Assembly (NCBI RefSeq): GCF_006345805.1
Contig: NC_043011.1
Location: forward strand, 53,828,464 to 53,892,463
Source: Octopus sinensis
Lineage: Eukaryota
Length of the DNA stretch: 64,000 bases
Direction: 5' to 3'
Part shown: positions 11,496 through 25,493 of the stretch, in pieces
How positions within the stretch are numbered: position 1 is the stretch's first letter
How the letters are laid out: every line of letters begins with the position of its first letter
Translations under genes and position numbers: made by a program
The notes under the pieces: generated by a model
The model's input: the letters and a program-made list of their open reading frames with translations, nothing else
Databases searched by the model: none
Told to the model about the DNA's origin: nothing

Positions 11496-11989
11496 TTTTT
11501 TATTCTTTATTTATAATCAGTGCAGGAGAAGATAGACTCATCTTTTGAGTTCTGTTTTCCTGTTTGCATCATCAAACCTGTGTGTGTGTGTGTGTGTGTG
11601 TGTGTATGCATGTGTGTGTGTTGTGTGTGTGTGTATATATATATATTGTATGTATATGTATATGTATGTATATATATGTATATATATATATGTATATATG
11701 TATATATGTATATAAATATATATGTATATATATATATATATGTACACACACACACTTATATATATGTATGTATATGTATGTGTGTGTGTGTGTATGTATG
11801 TAGGATGGTTGGTTAGATGTATATAAGTTTATGCACATGCATATATACAGATGTAGAAATGTCTGTGTGTGTTCGTAGCATAAACACACCTCACACCTAT
11901 ACATTCGCATCACTCCAGTATAAGCTCCGACTGGAACGATAAGCTTCCTTGACAAAACTAACAAGGAAGTGCTTCCTCCGAGAACTCAA

Positions 11990-12545
11990 CCCCACCCCAC
12001 CTCCACTTCTCTCACAACAACAACTCCTACGCTCCCAACCACCACCACCACCACCACCACCACTGCCACCACCACCACCACCACCACCACCACCACTGCC
12101 ACCACCACCACCACCACTGCCACCACCACCACCACCACTGCCACCACCACCACCACTGCTGCCACCACCACCACTGCCACCACCACTGCTGCCACACCAC
12201 CACTGCACCACCACTGGCCACCACACTGCCGCAACCACCATTGCGCACCACCCCCACCACTACCACCACCACTACCACACACAACTGCACACCATCACTG
12301 CCACCGCCGCCGCCGCCTCCCCCACCAACCACACCACCACCACCACTGTCACACCACTGACCGCCACCACCACCACTGCACCACCGCTGCCAACACCCCA
12401 CTTCCACCACCACCACCATCACCACCACCACACCCACTGCCACTACCACTGCCACCACCACCACCACCACCACTGCCACCACCACTGCTGCCACCACCAT
12501 CACTGCCACTGCCGCCACCGCCGCCTCCACCACCACCACCGCCAC
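11990..12545. repeat. (CCA)n/(CTG)-rich low-complexity tract
   Basis: Direct reading. Confidence 0.9.
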
Positions 12546-12599
12546 CACCACGCTCTCTTAGCACCACTTACTTCTATCGCAGTATATTTTATCTCAACA

Positions 12600-12930
12600 G
12601 GAATTAAACGAGATAAGCCGTTGACAAACTCCCAGCCGAGGAATTAAACATTATTATTGAAATTATATATGCCTTGAGATATAATGTAACTCCATTGTTC
12701 ACCGACTAATCCATTGTTTGTTGGGAAATTCCAGTGTGGAAGCTGTTGGCAAGAAACAGGCAGCACACATATCTTCATTAAGCTCTCATATCTCTGCCAT
12801 AAAAAGGTGATATCCCCAGATTTATTACACAACCCAATGTTTATGTCTCATACACTACAACACGTCATCAATTGATGGTCATCTCCAATGCTCCAATAGC
12901 AAGCTCCATGGCAAAACTGAACAGCGAAAT
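12600..12930 (+). mobile_element. Decayed mariner transposase, N-terminal half
   Basis: LPAEELNIIIEIIY..SIVCWEIPVWKLL..FITQPNVYVSYTTTRHQLM loosely follows LAEELNIS..KVCAKWVPKLL..IITGDETWV..YDPETKRQS; contains stops. Confidence 0.45.
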
Positions 12931-13169
12931 CCTAACCCCCCCTCCCCCGCCGTCCCCACCATCTGTGCTCTCTGTACGTCTCTCTATCTCTCTCTCTCCC
13001 TCTCTTTTTCTCTCTGTCTTTGTCTTTGTCTGTGTCTGTTTCTGCCTGTCTCTCTCTCTCTCTCTCTCTCTCACTCTGGCTTTGTCTTTCTGCGTCTTTG
13101 TTGCTTTCTTGAAACTACAGTGCTGTACAGAGCTATGTTGGATTTGTCTTGTTACCAAACCACGTTTCT

Positions 13170-13800
13170 CTCCTATTCTTCAGCTCTCTCCCTTGCTCTT
13201 TTATGCTCTCTTTCTTTAGCTCTCTCCCTCCCACTCTTATGCACTCTTTCTATCTTATTCTCTCTCTCTTTTATGCTCTCTCTCCTGCTCTCCCTCTCTG
13301 TTATTCTCTCTCCATCTATCTTATGTTCTCTTGCATGCTCTCCCTCTCTCTCTTTTATGCTCTCTCTCCTGCTCTCCCTCTCTGTTATTCTCACTCCATC
13401 TATCTTATGTTCTCTTGCATGCTCTCCCTCTCTCTCTCTCTTTTATGCTCTCTCTCCTGCTCTCCCTCTCTGTTATCCTATCTCTGTCTATCTTATTTTC
13501 TCTCACATGCTCTCCCTCTCTCTCTTTTATGCTCTCTCCTGCTCTCCCTCTCTGTTATTCTCTCTCTGTCTATCTTATGTTCTGTTGCATGCTCCACCTC
13601 TCTCTCTTTTATGCTCTCCCTCTCTCTCTCTCGCATGCTCTCCCTCTCTCTCTCTCGCATGCTCTCCCTCTCTCTCTTTTATGCTCTCTCTCACATGCTT
13701 TTCTCTCTCTGTTATCCTATCTTTGTCTATCTTATGCTCTCTCATGCTCTCCCTCTCTCTTATGTTTTCTCTCTCCCTCTCTCTTATGCTCTCTGTCACT
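13170..13800. repeat. CT-rich minisatellite, period about 70-88 bp
   Basis: TTTTATGCTCTCTCTCCTGCTCTCCCTCTCTGTTA.. recurs near 13269, 13353, 13441, 13524, 13607, 13677. Confidence 0.8.
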
Positions 13801-15081
13801 CTCATTAGTTCTCACACATTTTCTCTCTCATTTTTCCTCTATTATTCACTCTCTCTTTTCTGTCATTCTCTCTTTTATACCTTCTCTCTACTTCTTTCTT
13901 CCCTTTCTCTCTATCTCTCCCTTTCCTCTCTCATTAACCCTCTCTCATTCTCTATACCTCTCACCCTTCTTCTCTCACTCATTAACTTTCACTTTTTCTC
14001 TACCACCCAGTCTCCCTCACATTCTCTCTCTCACTCCTATTTTCTCTTTCTCTCTTTCTCATTGTCCCTCTCTCCCTTTCTCTTATTGACAACTATTTTT
14101 ACCCTGGTGGACCCCAACAGCCATCTGATGCTTAAAAACTAGTTCTATAGAACCTTCTTTCAAAATTCCTATTTTGCTTTTCAAACATTAACTTATGTAG
14201 GTTGATCTATGTTAAACATTAGCGAAAGAAGCCCAAAATTATTTCATGGACCCTTAATATACTACTGTGGGTTCCCAATTTACTATTTTGCTTACATGGA
14301 ATCCCAAATATCTTATATGGACCCCAGCTGAGAATCACTGCTCTAGGTTGTCACTAAACATGTTAGAACTAGCAGGCAGATCTCTCCTAAATCACACCTT
14401 ATCATTTTAAAAAAGGACATGTTAGGTAATGTGATCCTGGCTTCTCTACAAATTGAAAAATGATATGATGGTCATGACTGGAATGTCTTTGATTATAGGT
14501 GTACTCAGTCAAAGCTGACCAGTGATTAAGCAAAACAAAAAACAAAAACACAAAAAAAACAACACAACTCAACCCTGAAATTTCTCAGTCCATCTAGCTG
14601 TAAACATGTACAACATCTTAAGAACAATTCACTACAGTGTTTCATTTGTGGATAAATGAAAGGCTTTTGACTTAATTACTAAGGAATTGCTGCTGTAAAA
14701 TATTCTCAGAAAGTGTGGTAATGTGGTTACTCATCCAAATTTATTACCTTTTACGCTACTTCCATACAGGAACGATGCACCATGTTGTTATTGGTGAGCC
14801 GAAAGCAGGAATTCAGTTCCTAGATAAGTTTGTGTCTTTGGGCAAGCTACTTCGTATTACATTGTTCTGGTTTACTTAGCCAAAATGAGAATCAGCTGAG
14901 TGCTGGTGCAAAACATTTGCCTCACCAGCTGCCATATCCTTGATGTTCTGCTGGATAAAGAGTGGGAAGGACAGAGAAGATGTCAGTGCTTGTGAGCAAC
15001 TACATAAGGGGCTAAAACAATTAGCAAAAGTATGGTTTATGATCCCAAGTCATCCTCAGTTCCAAGTGATGGCCATAGTTA

Positions 15082-15800
15082 TACAGAGCGTTTGGACTAA
15101 ATTCGACAGTTTGCATGAAAAGAAAAGCAAACATAGTATCCCATTCAAAAATAAGTTATTTAAAAAAAAAACAAAACATATCAACTAGATTATAGCTGAG
15201 AGATAATAGTTCACTTAAAGTGGCTGTCCTCAGTTTCTGCCACAGTCTCAAGACAGTTTGGGGACCTGGTGCATGCATTTCTTACTGTATCCCTGGGAAG
15301 ATCTTTAAACACCTCATTGATCTAAGCCACTGGATCAGCCTTGGTGTTGCAGACAGAGTGGTTGGTGTCTTTCTCAACCATGCTCAACATATAGTAATTC
15401 ATGAGATTACAACTGGGGGAATTAGGGATCCAGAAATAGGTGCTAGTGGGGTCATAGAAATCCCCTGACAACCACTTCTGATTCTTTCTGAAGATATGGC
15501 AAGGAGTCAATCCTGCTGTCACACATATGGCCTTTTGGCAGCAATTCTCTCCAGCCAGGATTTGACCACAGTTTCCAATAGCTTCACATAGCCATCCAAA
15601 TTGAGCCTGAGTCCCTTTTTAAATATGAAATATGCAAGGATGAATTCCAGCATGCAAATGCAGTCAGAATGTCTGCTGTGTCCCTTCTTGCTGGCCATGG
15701 CTTCATAGTCTCTGTTGTCGTTGTCCATGTCAAGTCTCACAGAACATTGAACAGCAGTCATGATGTCAATATTTTGAGTAGCAGTCACATCACAGTGTCA
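15082..15800 (-). mobile_element. Tc1/mariner transposase remnant (DD37D/maT-like), 3' part with probable TIR
   Basis: FIFKKGLRLNLDGYVKLLETVVKSWLERIAAKRPYV; PCH..RKNQKWLS..F..PNSPSCNLMNYY..VEKDTN; TA-CAGAGCGTTTGG terminus at 15082. Confidence 0.85.
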
Positions 15801-16164
15801 GCATCTTGATACCTAGCACAAATCCTCATGATACAGGCAATTCTTTTCCAATATTTAGCTGGCTTCCAGTCCTCCACGTCAACTAACTTTTTCTCATCTA
15901 CAACTTTAACCTTTATATTCTCCAATGCCATTGACAGTCCACCAATACATCAAGCTGTTTCTGAAAAAGGGAGACATAAAAATCCACCAAGTTTAGCCCA
16001 AACTCCCTGCACTGTGATCTTAATACTAGATAATACTGTGTGCTCTTATAGACTTGCTGTCCCAGTAAACAGTGTCTTAATGTATTTAGTGATACACAGT
16101 TTGGTTGGTAGAATGTGTAATTACTATGTCCAGTAGCATCTAAACTGACATCATATAAATCCTA

Positions 16165-16500
16165 CAGCTTATATCCTTCATATTGCTATTTACTGAACAA
16201 AAGGATGAATTCTCCATTGCCTCAGATACAACACTACACAAACATTCAGCTACTTCGCTCAAAGCATAGACTACTGGTCGAAAATGTTGCCATATTGCAA
16301 CATTTTGCTGAGATTCTATTGAACAAGTTGTTCCACAGCTATACACACGTCACATAAACGGAATGCAATAGAAAATGGAATAAAGTAAATCCTGTTCTGA
16401 GAAAGAAGGAATTGGAAAATGTATGTGTTAGCACAAATGGATTGCAGTGCGGTTGGTGGCGTTGGTGTTGATGGTGGTAATTCTTTGAAAATCAGTATTG
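16165..16500 (+). mobile_element. Decayed mariner transposase, catalytic region
   Basis: LFTEQKDEFSIASDTT; LRSKHRLLVENVAILQH (cf. RKKRPRLL.NGVILQHDNA); 3' end resembles RW.KC...GDYFE. Confidence 0.45.
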
Positions 16501-17319
16501 GAAACCAAGGCTGAGTAATTGGAGAATGGCAGCTAAATGTAAAGGAACTGGATGAAGCTGATAGCATTTAGATGAATGCCCCAAGAAAAATAAAGAGAAA
16601 AAAAGAGAGAGGCTGGAGAGAAAAATATTAATAAAATTGGAGTTGTCATTGGTGAAATATTCATCGGGAAAGATGACAAGTTTTCTACTCTGGAGATCAA
16701 GATAGAGAGAGATTTCAAATTCAATAACATAGAGTAACAAAAAAAAAAAAAAAAAAAGAGAAAAAAACAAGAACAAAAGCAAAAACAAATAACAACCCCC
16801 ACCCCCACCAAGAAACAAAACAAAACAAAAACAAAAAGACACAAAAAGAGCAAACGAAAAAAAAAAAATGCTACAGGAAGTTCCAGAATGGCATTGCATC
16901 TGTCAAATACAATGTAGCAGCAGTATTGGATCCCTTTAGTAATAAAAAGCTCAGATCAGATCCTTTAGCAATATTTGAAAAAAAATATCAGAAGTCTGCT
17001 AGGTGACTTGGAAGTCGAATAATGGTAAAAATAGTTTCTCCATTTCTTCAGTCGTAAACCATCTCTTAATTGAGTGAGACAGAAAAAAAAGAAATAGAAA
17101 AAATAAGTCAATAAAAACTCGACTGGTACTGATTAAATTTATGTGATTGCTTGGTATTTGGTAAAGAGACAGAAGCAGTAGACTGGATATTTTGTAATTT
17201 TCTAGTTCAGTGCCAAGTGACTTGCTATTCAAATTCTATTGAAGATGATTTAACTTTTCAAAAGGTTTTAGTATTTATAAAATAACTACACTTTAATATC
17301 TAGGTGTAGCTGTGTGGTA

Positions 17320-17685
17320 AATGAGGTTGTTTTGAAAGCATGGAGTTCTGAGTTCAATTCCGTTGCTTTCTATCTTGGGAAGGTGTTTTCTACTTCTGTA
17401 GTTCCAAGTTGATTATAATGTCCTGTGAAGGGAATTTGGTAAGTGGATATGGTACAGAAGCTTGTCATGACACAGGTGTGACTGTGTAGGTGCAAGTGAG
17501 GCTGTGGGGTTAACAGTTTGCTTTCCAGTCACATGGCTTCAGGTTTAGTCCTGAAACCTTGGGCAAGTGTTTTCTGCTATAGCTTCAGGTTGACCAAAGC
17601 TTTGTGAGAGGGTTTGGCTGATGGAAACTAAAATGCTTAGCAGTGTTTCATCTGCCGTTATGTTCTGAGCTCAAATTCCGCCGAG
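17320..17685 (+). repeat. About 365-bp direct duplication of decayed and chimeric SINE sequence; second copy 18308-18672
   Basis: Visual alignment at offset 988 with scattered substitutions. Confidence 0.9.
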
Positions 17686-17747
17686 CAAGTGAAACCTTGG
17701 GCAAGTATTTTCTGCTATAGCTTTAATATCTAGGTGTAGCCGTATGG

Positions 17748-18298
17748 TCATCATCATCTTCATCATTGTTTAACGCCTGCTTTCCATGCTGGCATGGGCT
17801 GGATGATTTGACTGAGGACTGGCGAACCAGATGGCTGCACCAGGCTCCAATCTGATCTGGCAGTGTTTCTACAGCTGGATGCCCTTCCTAATGCCAACCA
17901 CTCCGAGAATGTAGCGGGTGCTTTTACATGTCACCGGCACGAGGGCCAGTCAGGCGGTACTGGTGACAGCCATGCTAAAATGGTGTTTTTTATGTGCCAC
18001 CTGCACAGGAGCCAGTCCAGCGGCACTGGCAATGACCTCGCTCAAATGTTGTTTTCCACGTGCCACCGGCATAAGTGCCAGTGAGGCAATACTAGTAATG
18101 ATCATGCTCGAATGATGCTTTTTATGTGCCACCAGCACAGCAGTTAGCAGCGGCCCGGGCAATGATCACGCTCGGATGGTACTTTTAATGTTCCACTGGC
18201 ATGAGTGCCAGTCAGGTGGCGCTGTCATCGGCCACCTCAGCGAATTTGATTTTGATTTTGATTTCACTTGCCTCAACAGGTCTTCGCAAGCAATGTGA
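17748..18298 (-). mobile_element. SINE family C (ATG tail, internal 55-60 bp subrepeats)
   Basis: Shares CAGCTGGATGCCCTTCCTAATGCCAACCACTCC and CATGCTGGCATGGG..GGA blocks with 47560-47985, 34740-35105, 55480-55740, 39715-39930 and 48130-48410. Confidence 0.85.
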
Positions 18299-18619
18299 AG
18301 ACCTGTTAAATAAGGTTGTTTTGAAAGCATGGAGTTCTGAGTTCAATTCCATTGCTTTCTATCTTGGGAAGGTGTTTTCTACTGTAGTTCCAAGTTGATT
18401 ATAATGTCTTTTGAAGGGAATTTGGTAAGTGGATATGGTACAGAAGCTTGTCATGATACAGGTGTGACTGTGTAGGAGTAAGTGAGGCTGTGGGGTTAAG
18501 AGTTTGCTTTCCAGTCACATGGCTTCAGGTTCAGTCCTGAAACCTTGGGCAAGTGTTTTCTGCTATAGCTTCAGGTTGACCAAAGCTTTGTGAGAGGGTT
18601 TGGCTGATGGAAACTAAAA

Positions 18620-18815
18620 TGCTAAGCAGTATTTCATCTGCCGTTATGTTCTGAGCTGAAATTCCGCTGAGGTCGACTTTGCCTTTCATCCTTTCGGGGT
18701 TGATAAATTAAGTACCAGTTACACACTGTGGTCAATGTAATTGACTTAATCCCTTTGTCTGTCCTTGTTTGTCCCCTCTGTGTTTAGCCCTTTGTGGGTA
18801 GTAAAGAAATAAGGA
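18620..18815 (+). mobile_element. SINE family B
   Basis: GAGGTCGACTTTGCCTTTCATCCTTTCGGGG...AAAGAAATAAG. Confidence 0.85.
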
Positions 18816-19559
18816 AACTAAAAGAAATCTATTATACACTTACATATAAATACATACATATGTGTGTGTGTATGCGCGCGTGTGTGCATGAGTGTGTGCA
18901 TATGTGTTAGTGTTGCATTGCCTTCACATCATGTGTCAGCATGATGCAAGTAGTGTTTTTTATTGTCAATCTTCCATGAGAACATGCCTGGGCCTGGAGA
19001 AATATTATCTTGCTTGGAAACAGGCGAGTGTTGGTGACAGGAAGGGCATCCAGCTGTAGGAAATCTGCTTCAGCAAATTTCGTATGACCCATGCAAGCAT
19101 GGAAAAGTAAACATATCAAACAATGATGACATGTGTGTGTGTGTGTGTGCGTGCGTGTGTGTGATTGTTTTATTGTGTAAACTGAAATTTTGAATTGCAG
19201 TCCTATACTTCGAAAATGGAACTTATAAGTTCAATAAATTCTAATCAATGAAATAATGGATTCAATATGATTCCTATATATATATATATAAAAAGACTTT
19301 TGAAGATGGTGCAACCCTTTGTTGGTGGCCTCAACTCAGTGACTGAAACCAATAAAAGAATAACAGAATCAAAGAAATATGACTTTTTAGATATTATAAG
19401 CACCGATTTGAAGCCACATAAAAAGCACTGGTGCTGATACCATTTAAAAAGCACCCAGTACACTCTGTAAAGTGGTTGGCATTAGGAAGGGCATCCAGCT
19501 GTGGGTGGATGCAGATGACAAAAACTGTGTGGGAAGTCCATTGTGTGTGTGTGTGTGGT

Positions 19560-19900
19560 GGGGTATTGCTCAATGATTAGAGCATTGGGCATGAGGTAGT
19601 AAGCTCAGTTCCTGGACCGGGCTGTATGTTGTGTCCTTGAGCAAGACACTTTATTTCATGTTGCTCCAGTTCACTCATCTGTAGAAATTAGTTGCAACGT
19701 CACAGGTGCCAAGCTGTATCGGCCTTTGGCTTTCCCTTGAATACCATCAGTGGTGTGAAGAGGGGAGAGTGATATGCATGGGTGACTGCTGGTCTTCCAT
19801 AAACAACTTTGCCTGGACTTGTGCTTCAGAGGGGGACTTTCTAGGATTTCTAGGAGCAATCCCTCCCATGGTCATTCATGACCAAAGGGGGTCTTTACTC
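19560..19900 (+). mobile_element. Decayed SINE of another family (GTGTCCTTGAGCAAGACACTT motif)
   Basis: The motif is common in conserved SINE domains; ends in an (ATGT)n microsatellite. Confidence 0.55.
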
Positions 19901-20174
19901 ATATATATATATATATGTATGTATGTATGCATGTATGTATGTATGTATGTATGCATGTATGTATGTATGTATAGTGAGAATTTACAAAAAAACAAAAGAC
20001 GAAGATGGGTGTGTAAACAATAAACAGATGTATTAGTTTAACGCTTGGAAAGTGAGAAAGTCTTTTACGTTTCGAGCCTACGCTCTTCACCAGAAAGGAA
20101 CACAGAAATAAACAGGGAGAGAAACTAGAAAAAGGTTTAGTGGATAGCGATCTATCATGGCAAATATATATATA

Positions 20175-21937
20175 TGTGTGTGTGTATATGTATATATGAA
20201 TGTGAGTGTGTGTGTATATGTATATATGAATGTGAGTGTGTGTGTATATGTATATATGAATGTGAGTGTGTGTTGTATAGTTATATGAAGTGAGGTGTGT
20301 GTATATGTATATATGAATGTGAGTGTGTGTGTATATGTATATATGAATGTGAGTGTGTGTGTATATGTATATATGAATGTGAGTGTGTGTGTATATGTAT
20401 ATATGAATGTGAGTGTGTGTGTATATGTATATATGAATGTGAGTGTGTGTGTATATGTATATATGAATGTGAGTGTGTTGTATGTATATATGAATGTGAG
20501 TGTGGGTGTATATGTATATATGAATGTGAGTGTGTGTGTATATGTATATATGAATGTGAGTGTGTGGAGTGTGTATATATGAATGTGAGTGTGTGTGTAT
20601 GTATATATGAATGAGTGTGTGTGTATATGTAATATGAATGTGAGTGTGTGTGTGTAGATGTATATATGAATGTGAGTGTGTGTGATATGTATAATGAATG
20701 TGAGTGGTCCATGTGTGTATATGTTAAGAATGTGAGTGGTGTGTGATATGTATATATAATGTGATGTGTGTGTTGTATATTGTATATAGAATGGGAGTGT
20801 GTGTGTATATGTATATATGAATGTGAGTGTTGTGTATATGTATATATGATGTGAGTGTGTGTGTATATGTATATATGAATGTGAGTGTGTGTGTATATGT
20901 ATATATGAATGTGAGTGTGTGGTATATGTATATATGAATGTGAGTGTGTGTGTATATGTTATATGAATGTGAGTGGTGTGTGTATATGTATATATGAATG
21001 TGAGTTGTGTGTGAGTGTGATCTATGAATTGAGTGTGTGTTATATGATATATGAATGTGAGTGTGTGTGTATATGTATATATGAATGTGAGTGTGTGTGT
21101 ATATGTATATATGAATGTGAGTGTGTGTGTATATGTATATATGAATGTGAGTGTGTGTGTATATGTATATATGAATGTGAGTGTGTGTGTATATGTATAT
21201 ATGAAGGTGAGGTGTGTGTATATGTATATATGAATGTGAGTGTGTGTGTATATGTATAATGAATGTGAGTGTGTGTTATATGTATATATGAATGTGAGTG
21301 TGTGTGTATATGTATATATGAATGTGAGTGTGTGTGTATATGTATATATGAATGTGAGTGTGTGTGAGTGTGTATATATGAATTTGAGTGTGTGTGTATA
21401 TGTATATTATGAATGTGAGTGTGTGTGTATATGTATATATGAAGTGAGTGTGTGTGTATATGTATATATGAATGTGAGTGTGTGTGTATATGTATATATG
21501 AATGTGAGTGTGTGTGTATATGTATATATGAATGTGAGTGTGTGTGTATATGTATATATGAATGTGAGTGTGTGTGTATATGTATATATGAATGTGAGTG
21601 TGTGTGTATATGTATATATGAATGTGAGTGTGTGTGTATATGTATATATGAATGTGAGTGTGTGTGTATATGTATATATGAATGTGAGTGTGTGTGTATA
21701 TGTATATATGAATGTGAGTGTGTGTGTATATGTATATATGAATGTGAGTTGTGTGTATATGTAATATGAATGTGAGTGTGTGTATATGTATATATGAATG
21801 TGAGTGTGTGTGTATATGTATATATGAATGTGAGTGTGTGTGTATATGTATATATGAATGTGAGTGTGTGTGTATATGTATATATGAATGTGAGTGTGTG
21901 TGTATATGTATATATGAATGTGAGTGTGTGTGAGTGT
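20175..21937. repeat. 30-bp minisatellite (TGTGAGTGTGTGTGTATATGTATATATGAA)n, about 58 copies
   Basis: Exact two-per-60-base periodicity in clean stretches; indel-rich zone at about 20560-21060. Confidence 0.97.
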
Positions 21938-22411
21938 GTACATGTATAACTTTGTTTTTGTTTGACAACTAATGTTGGTATGTTCATGTTCTTGTAACTC
22001 AACAGTTCAGCAAAAGAGGCTGATAGAATAATAAGTACCAGACTTCAAAAGAAGCATGGTGTTTATTTGTATGACTGAACCCTTCAAGATGCTGCCCCAG
22101 CATGGTCACAGTTCAATGACTGTAACAATCAAAAATTTTTGTAAAATAGGCACAAAGCAGAAATTTTGAATTTGGAAGCAGTTGATTTTTTGATAATATT
22201 TTATTGACTTTGAAAAGATGAAAGTTAAAGTTGACTTCAAGAGTATTTGAACCCATCGCTCTAAATAAAAGCCTCAGAGGATGGAGATGGAGCTCAGCTA
22301 CTCATATTGACTGGTAGACTGGTACTTTATTATTATCAGCTCCACACAGATGAAAGACAATTGATCTCCATGTAGTCTGAACTCAGAACATAAAGCTTTG
22401 TAACTAAAACA

Positions 22412-22870
22412 TAGTCACAGGTGCGACTGTGTAATAAGAAATTTGCTTCCCAACCACATTGTTCCAGGTTCAGTCCCACTTCATGGCACTTTGGTTAAGT
22501 GCCTTCTACTATAGCCTTGGACTGACCGAAGCTTTGTAAGTGGATTTGGTCAATGGAAACTGAAAGAAACCAGTTGTATTCACACACATACACATACATG
22601 CACACACATGTATACACACATATATCTTTTTGTATATATATATATATGTGTGTGCGTGTGTGTGTGTGCGTTTGTGTCTGTGTCCCGTACCATTGCTTGA
22701 CAACCGGTGTTGGTGTGTTTACATTCCTGTAATCTAACAGTTTGGCAAAATAGATGGATAGAATTAAGTACCAGACTTAAAAAAAGTACTGGGGTCAACT
22801 CAATCAACTAGAAATTCTTGAAGGCAGTGGCCCAGCATGGCCACAGTCTAATAACTGGAACAAATAAAAA
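22412..22870 (+). mobile_element. SINE family A, diverged copy
   Basis: tRNA-like head, internal (TA)n(TG)n and GCCCAGCATGGCCACAGT tail. Confidence 0.75.
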
Positions 22871-23167
22871 AAGATAGAAGATAGTATCGAACCTCAAATT
22901 TTTAGGGGATAGGAGTACATTTATGTCAATCCTGACCCCATCTTGCTCGATAATTGACTTACACCTTATATAATTAACCCTGGTGAGATGGCAGACCAAG
23001 TCAACTTAGGTGGGATTTGAACTCAAAATGTCAAGAGAACTACAAGATTTTGCCCATTTTTGTCCACCATTCTGTCAGTGCCCTTCCCTCACCCTTCTTT
23101 GGGGATAATAATCACTTGAAACTGAGAACCTCCTTTATAAAATTCCTTTTCAATAAATAAATATCAT

Positions 23168-23542
23168 GTCTTTTATCTTTTACCTGTTTCAGTCATTTGG
23201 CTGAGGCCATGCTGGGGCACCACAATGAAGGTTTTAGCCAAAGAAATCGACTCCAGGACTTTGTTTTAAAGCCTAGTACTTATTCTATTGGTCTCTTTGT
23301 GCCAACTTGCTAAGTTATGGGGACATAAACACACCAGCACCGGTTGTCAAGTACTGGTGGAGGACAAATTCAGACACATATAGATATATATGTATACATA
23401 TATATGATGGACTTCTTTCAGTTTCCATCTACCCAATCCGCTCACAAGGCTTCGGTCAGCCCAAGGCTATAGTAAAAGACACTTGCTCAAGGTACCACAC
23501 AGTGGGATTGAACCTGGAACCATGTAGTTGGGAAGCAAGCTT
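23168..23542 (-). mobile_element. SINE family A
   Basis: Reverse complement of the family A consensus seen at 27093-27513. Confidence 0.85.
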
Positions 23543-24252
23543 AAATAAATAAGCCAAAACTTAATTCTCATTTTATTAAAACACTTGAAAATATTTTTTA
23601 AAGTTGTTTTTTTTTCCCATTTTTTCTTTCATTAATTTACTATTTTAGTGTAAACCATGACAGTCTGTCTGTTTGTCTGTTTGACTGTCCGTCTGTCTGT
23701 TTGTCTGTTTGACTGTCCGTCTGTCTGTCCTACAAAGGACAAGAAAAATGAAACAAGTAAAAAAAAAAAATAAATTAAAAAGAAAAGAAAACAACAAAAC
23801 AAAATTTATAATAAAAAAAAACAACATAAAAAAGATAAGGGGGAATTTGTGGCATCGATGATGACTTAATTATAGTTTAAAATCTAGTTCATTAGTCTAC
23901 TAGCCAAGAGGTTCTGTGGTTGCTATGGTTACAGGATATTATCGGGTCTAGCAAGCACAAAATGGGGAAAATAAATAAATAAATAAATAAATGAATAAAT
24001 AAATAAAATAAAAAAAAAATGTCTTCGGTGCTATTAGTGTCCGAATAAGCAAATTAAGTGCAACACTCTCTTTCATGTTGTCGTAAATAACGGTTGTTAT
24101 AGCTGTTGGTTTACGATGCTCAGTTAAGCAACATTGCAACATTGATTCTGCTGCCAAAACCAAACCACAGTCAAAGACTTGGGTGCAGAGGGAAAATCTT
24201 TGGCTAATTTCTTCGTTTTTTTTTTTGTTTTTTTTATTACTACTTTTATTCA

Positions 24253-24257
<5 letters not shown>

Positions 24258-24313
<56 letters not shown>

Positions 24314-24759
24314 TTTTTTTTTTATATTTTGGGTGTTTTAAATAATTTTTTCAAGACATGAAAGGACAACTGTCTGTATCTCTAAGGTTTGGTCTGTTGG
24401 TATACACACACACACACACACACATTCACACACACACACACACACACATGCACAGGCACAGACATACATGTACACATGCACACACACACAGACATACATG
24501 TACACACACACAGAGGCATACATGTACACACGCACACACACACACACACACACATACACGTATACAGGCACACACACACACAGACATACATATACACATG
24601 CACACACACACACATACACACAAACACAGACATACATGTACACACACACACACAGACATACAAATACACACGCACACGCACAGACATACATGTACACACG
24701 CACACACACACACACACATATATATATTGTATTATATATTTATAGGCACATATATAATG

Positions 24760-24790
<31 letters not shown>

Positions 24791-25462
24791 CATATATGCA
24801 TGTACACACATATATATGTATATATATGTATATATATATGCATATATGCATATCTGTACATACACATGCTGGAGTAAAAATTTATGTGTGTGAATATGGA
24901 AAACAACTAAGGAGGAAAAACCCCATTCTGCTCCATTGAACCAGGAAGCTGTGTTAGAGAAATTATAAACCTCTCTGTTCTCCACCTTTTTTTTTTAAAT
25001 AAAAAGAAAACTCCGAAAAATAACAACAAAAAAAAAAATAAAAAATATTCCGCTTAGTTGTGTTTTCTTTTTCCTTTTCTTTTTGTTTTTCTTCTCATTT
25101 ATTATCTTTTATTGTTTTTTTTTCTCCTTCCTTTTTTTTAAAAAAAAAAAAATTTTTGTTTTATTACAGCTTTTATAGAAATTTTCTTCTTTCTTTTTCC
25201 TTTTTCCTTTTTTGTTTTTGTTTTTGTTTTTGTTCTGGCGGCTAGTTTTAATTACTTCTCTATTTAAAAACATCACTAAAAAAATACGCAGCATCGTCTC
25301 TTGTTTTAGTTTCAGGTTCAACCAAAAACAACAACAACAGCAACAACAAGAGCAACAATAATGATAAAAACAACAATTATTATTGTTATCATTATACACC
25401 TCTTCCTCTTCATTATCATCATTACCACTATCATCCTCCTCCTCATCATCATCATCACCATG

Positions 25463-25493
<31 letters not shown>

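Noticed and set aside
17001-17065. Possible terminal exon RWFTTEEMEKLFLPLFDFQVT* on - with U-rich downstream sequence
   Set aside because: No recognisable family and no supported upstream exon, and the supposed UTR contains transposase relics; needs RNA-seq
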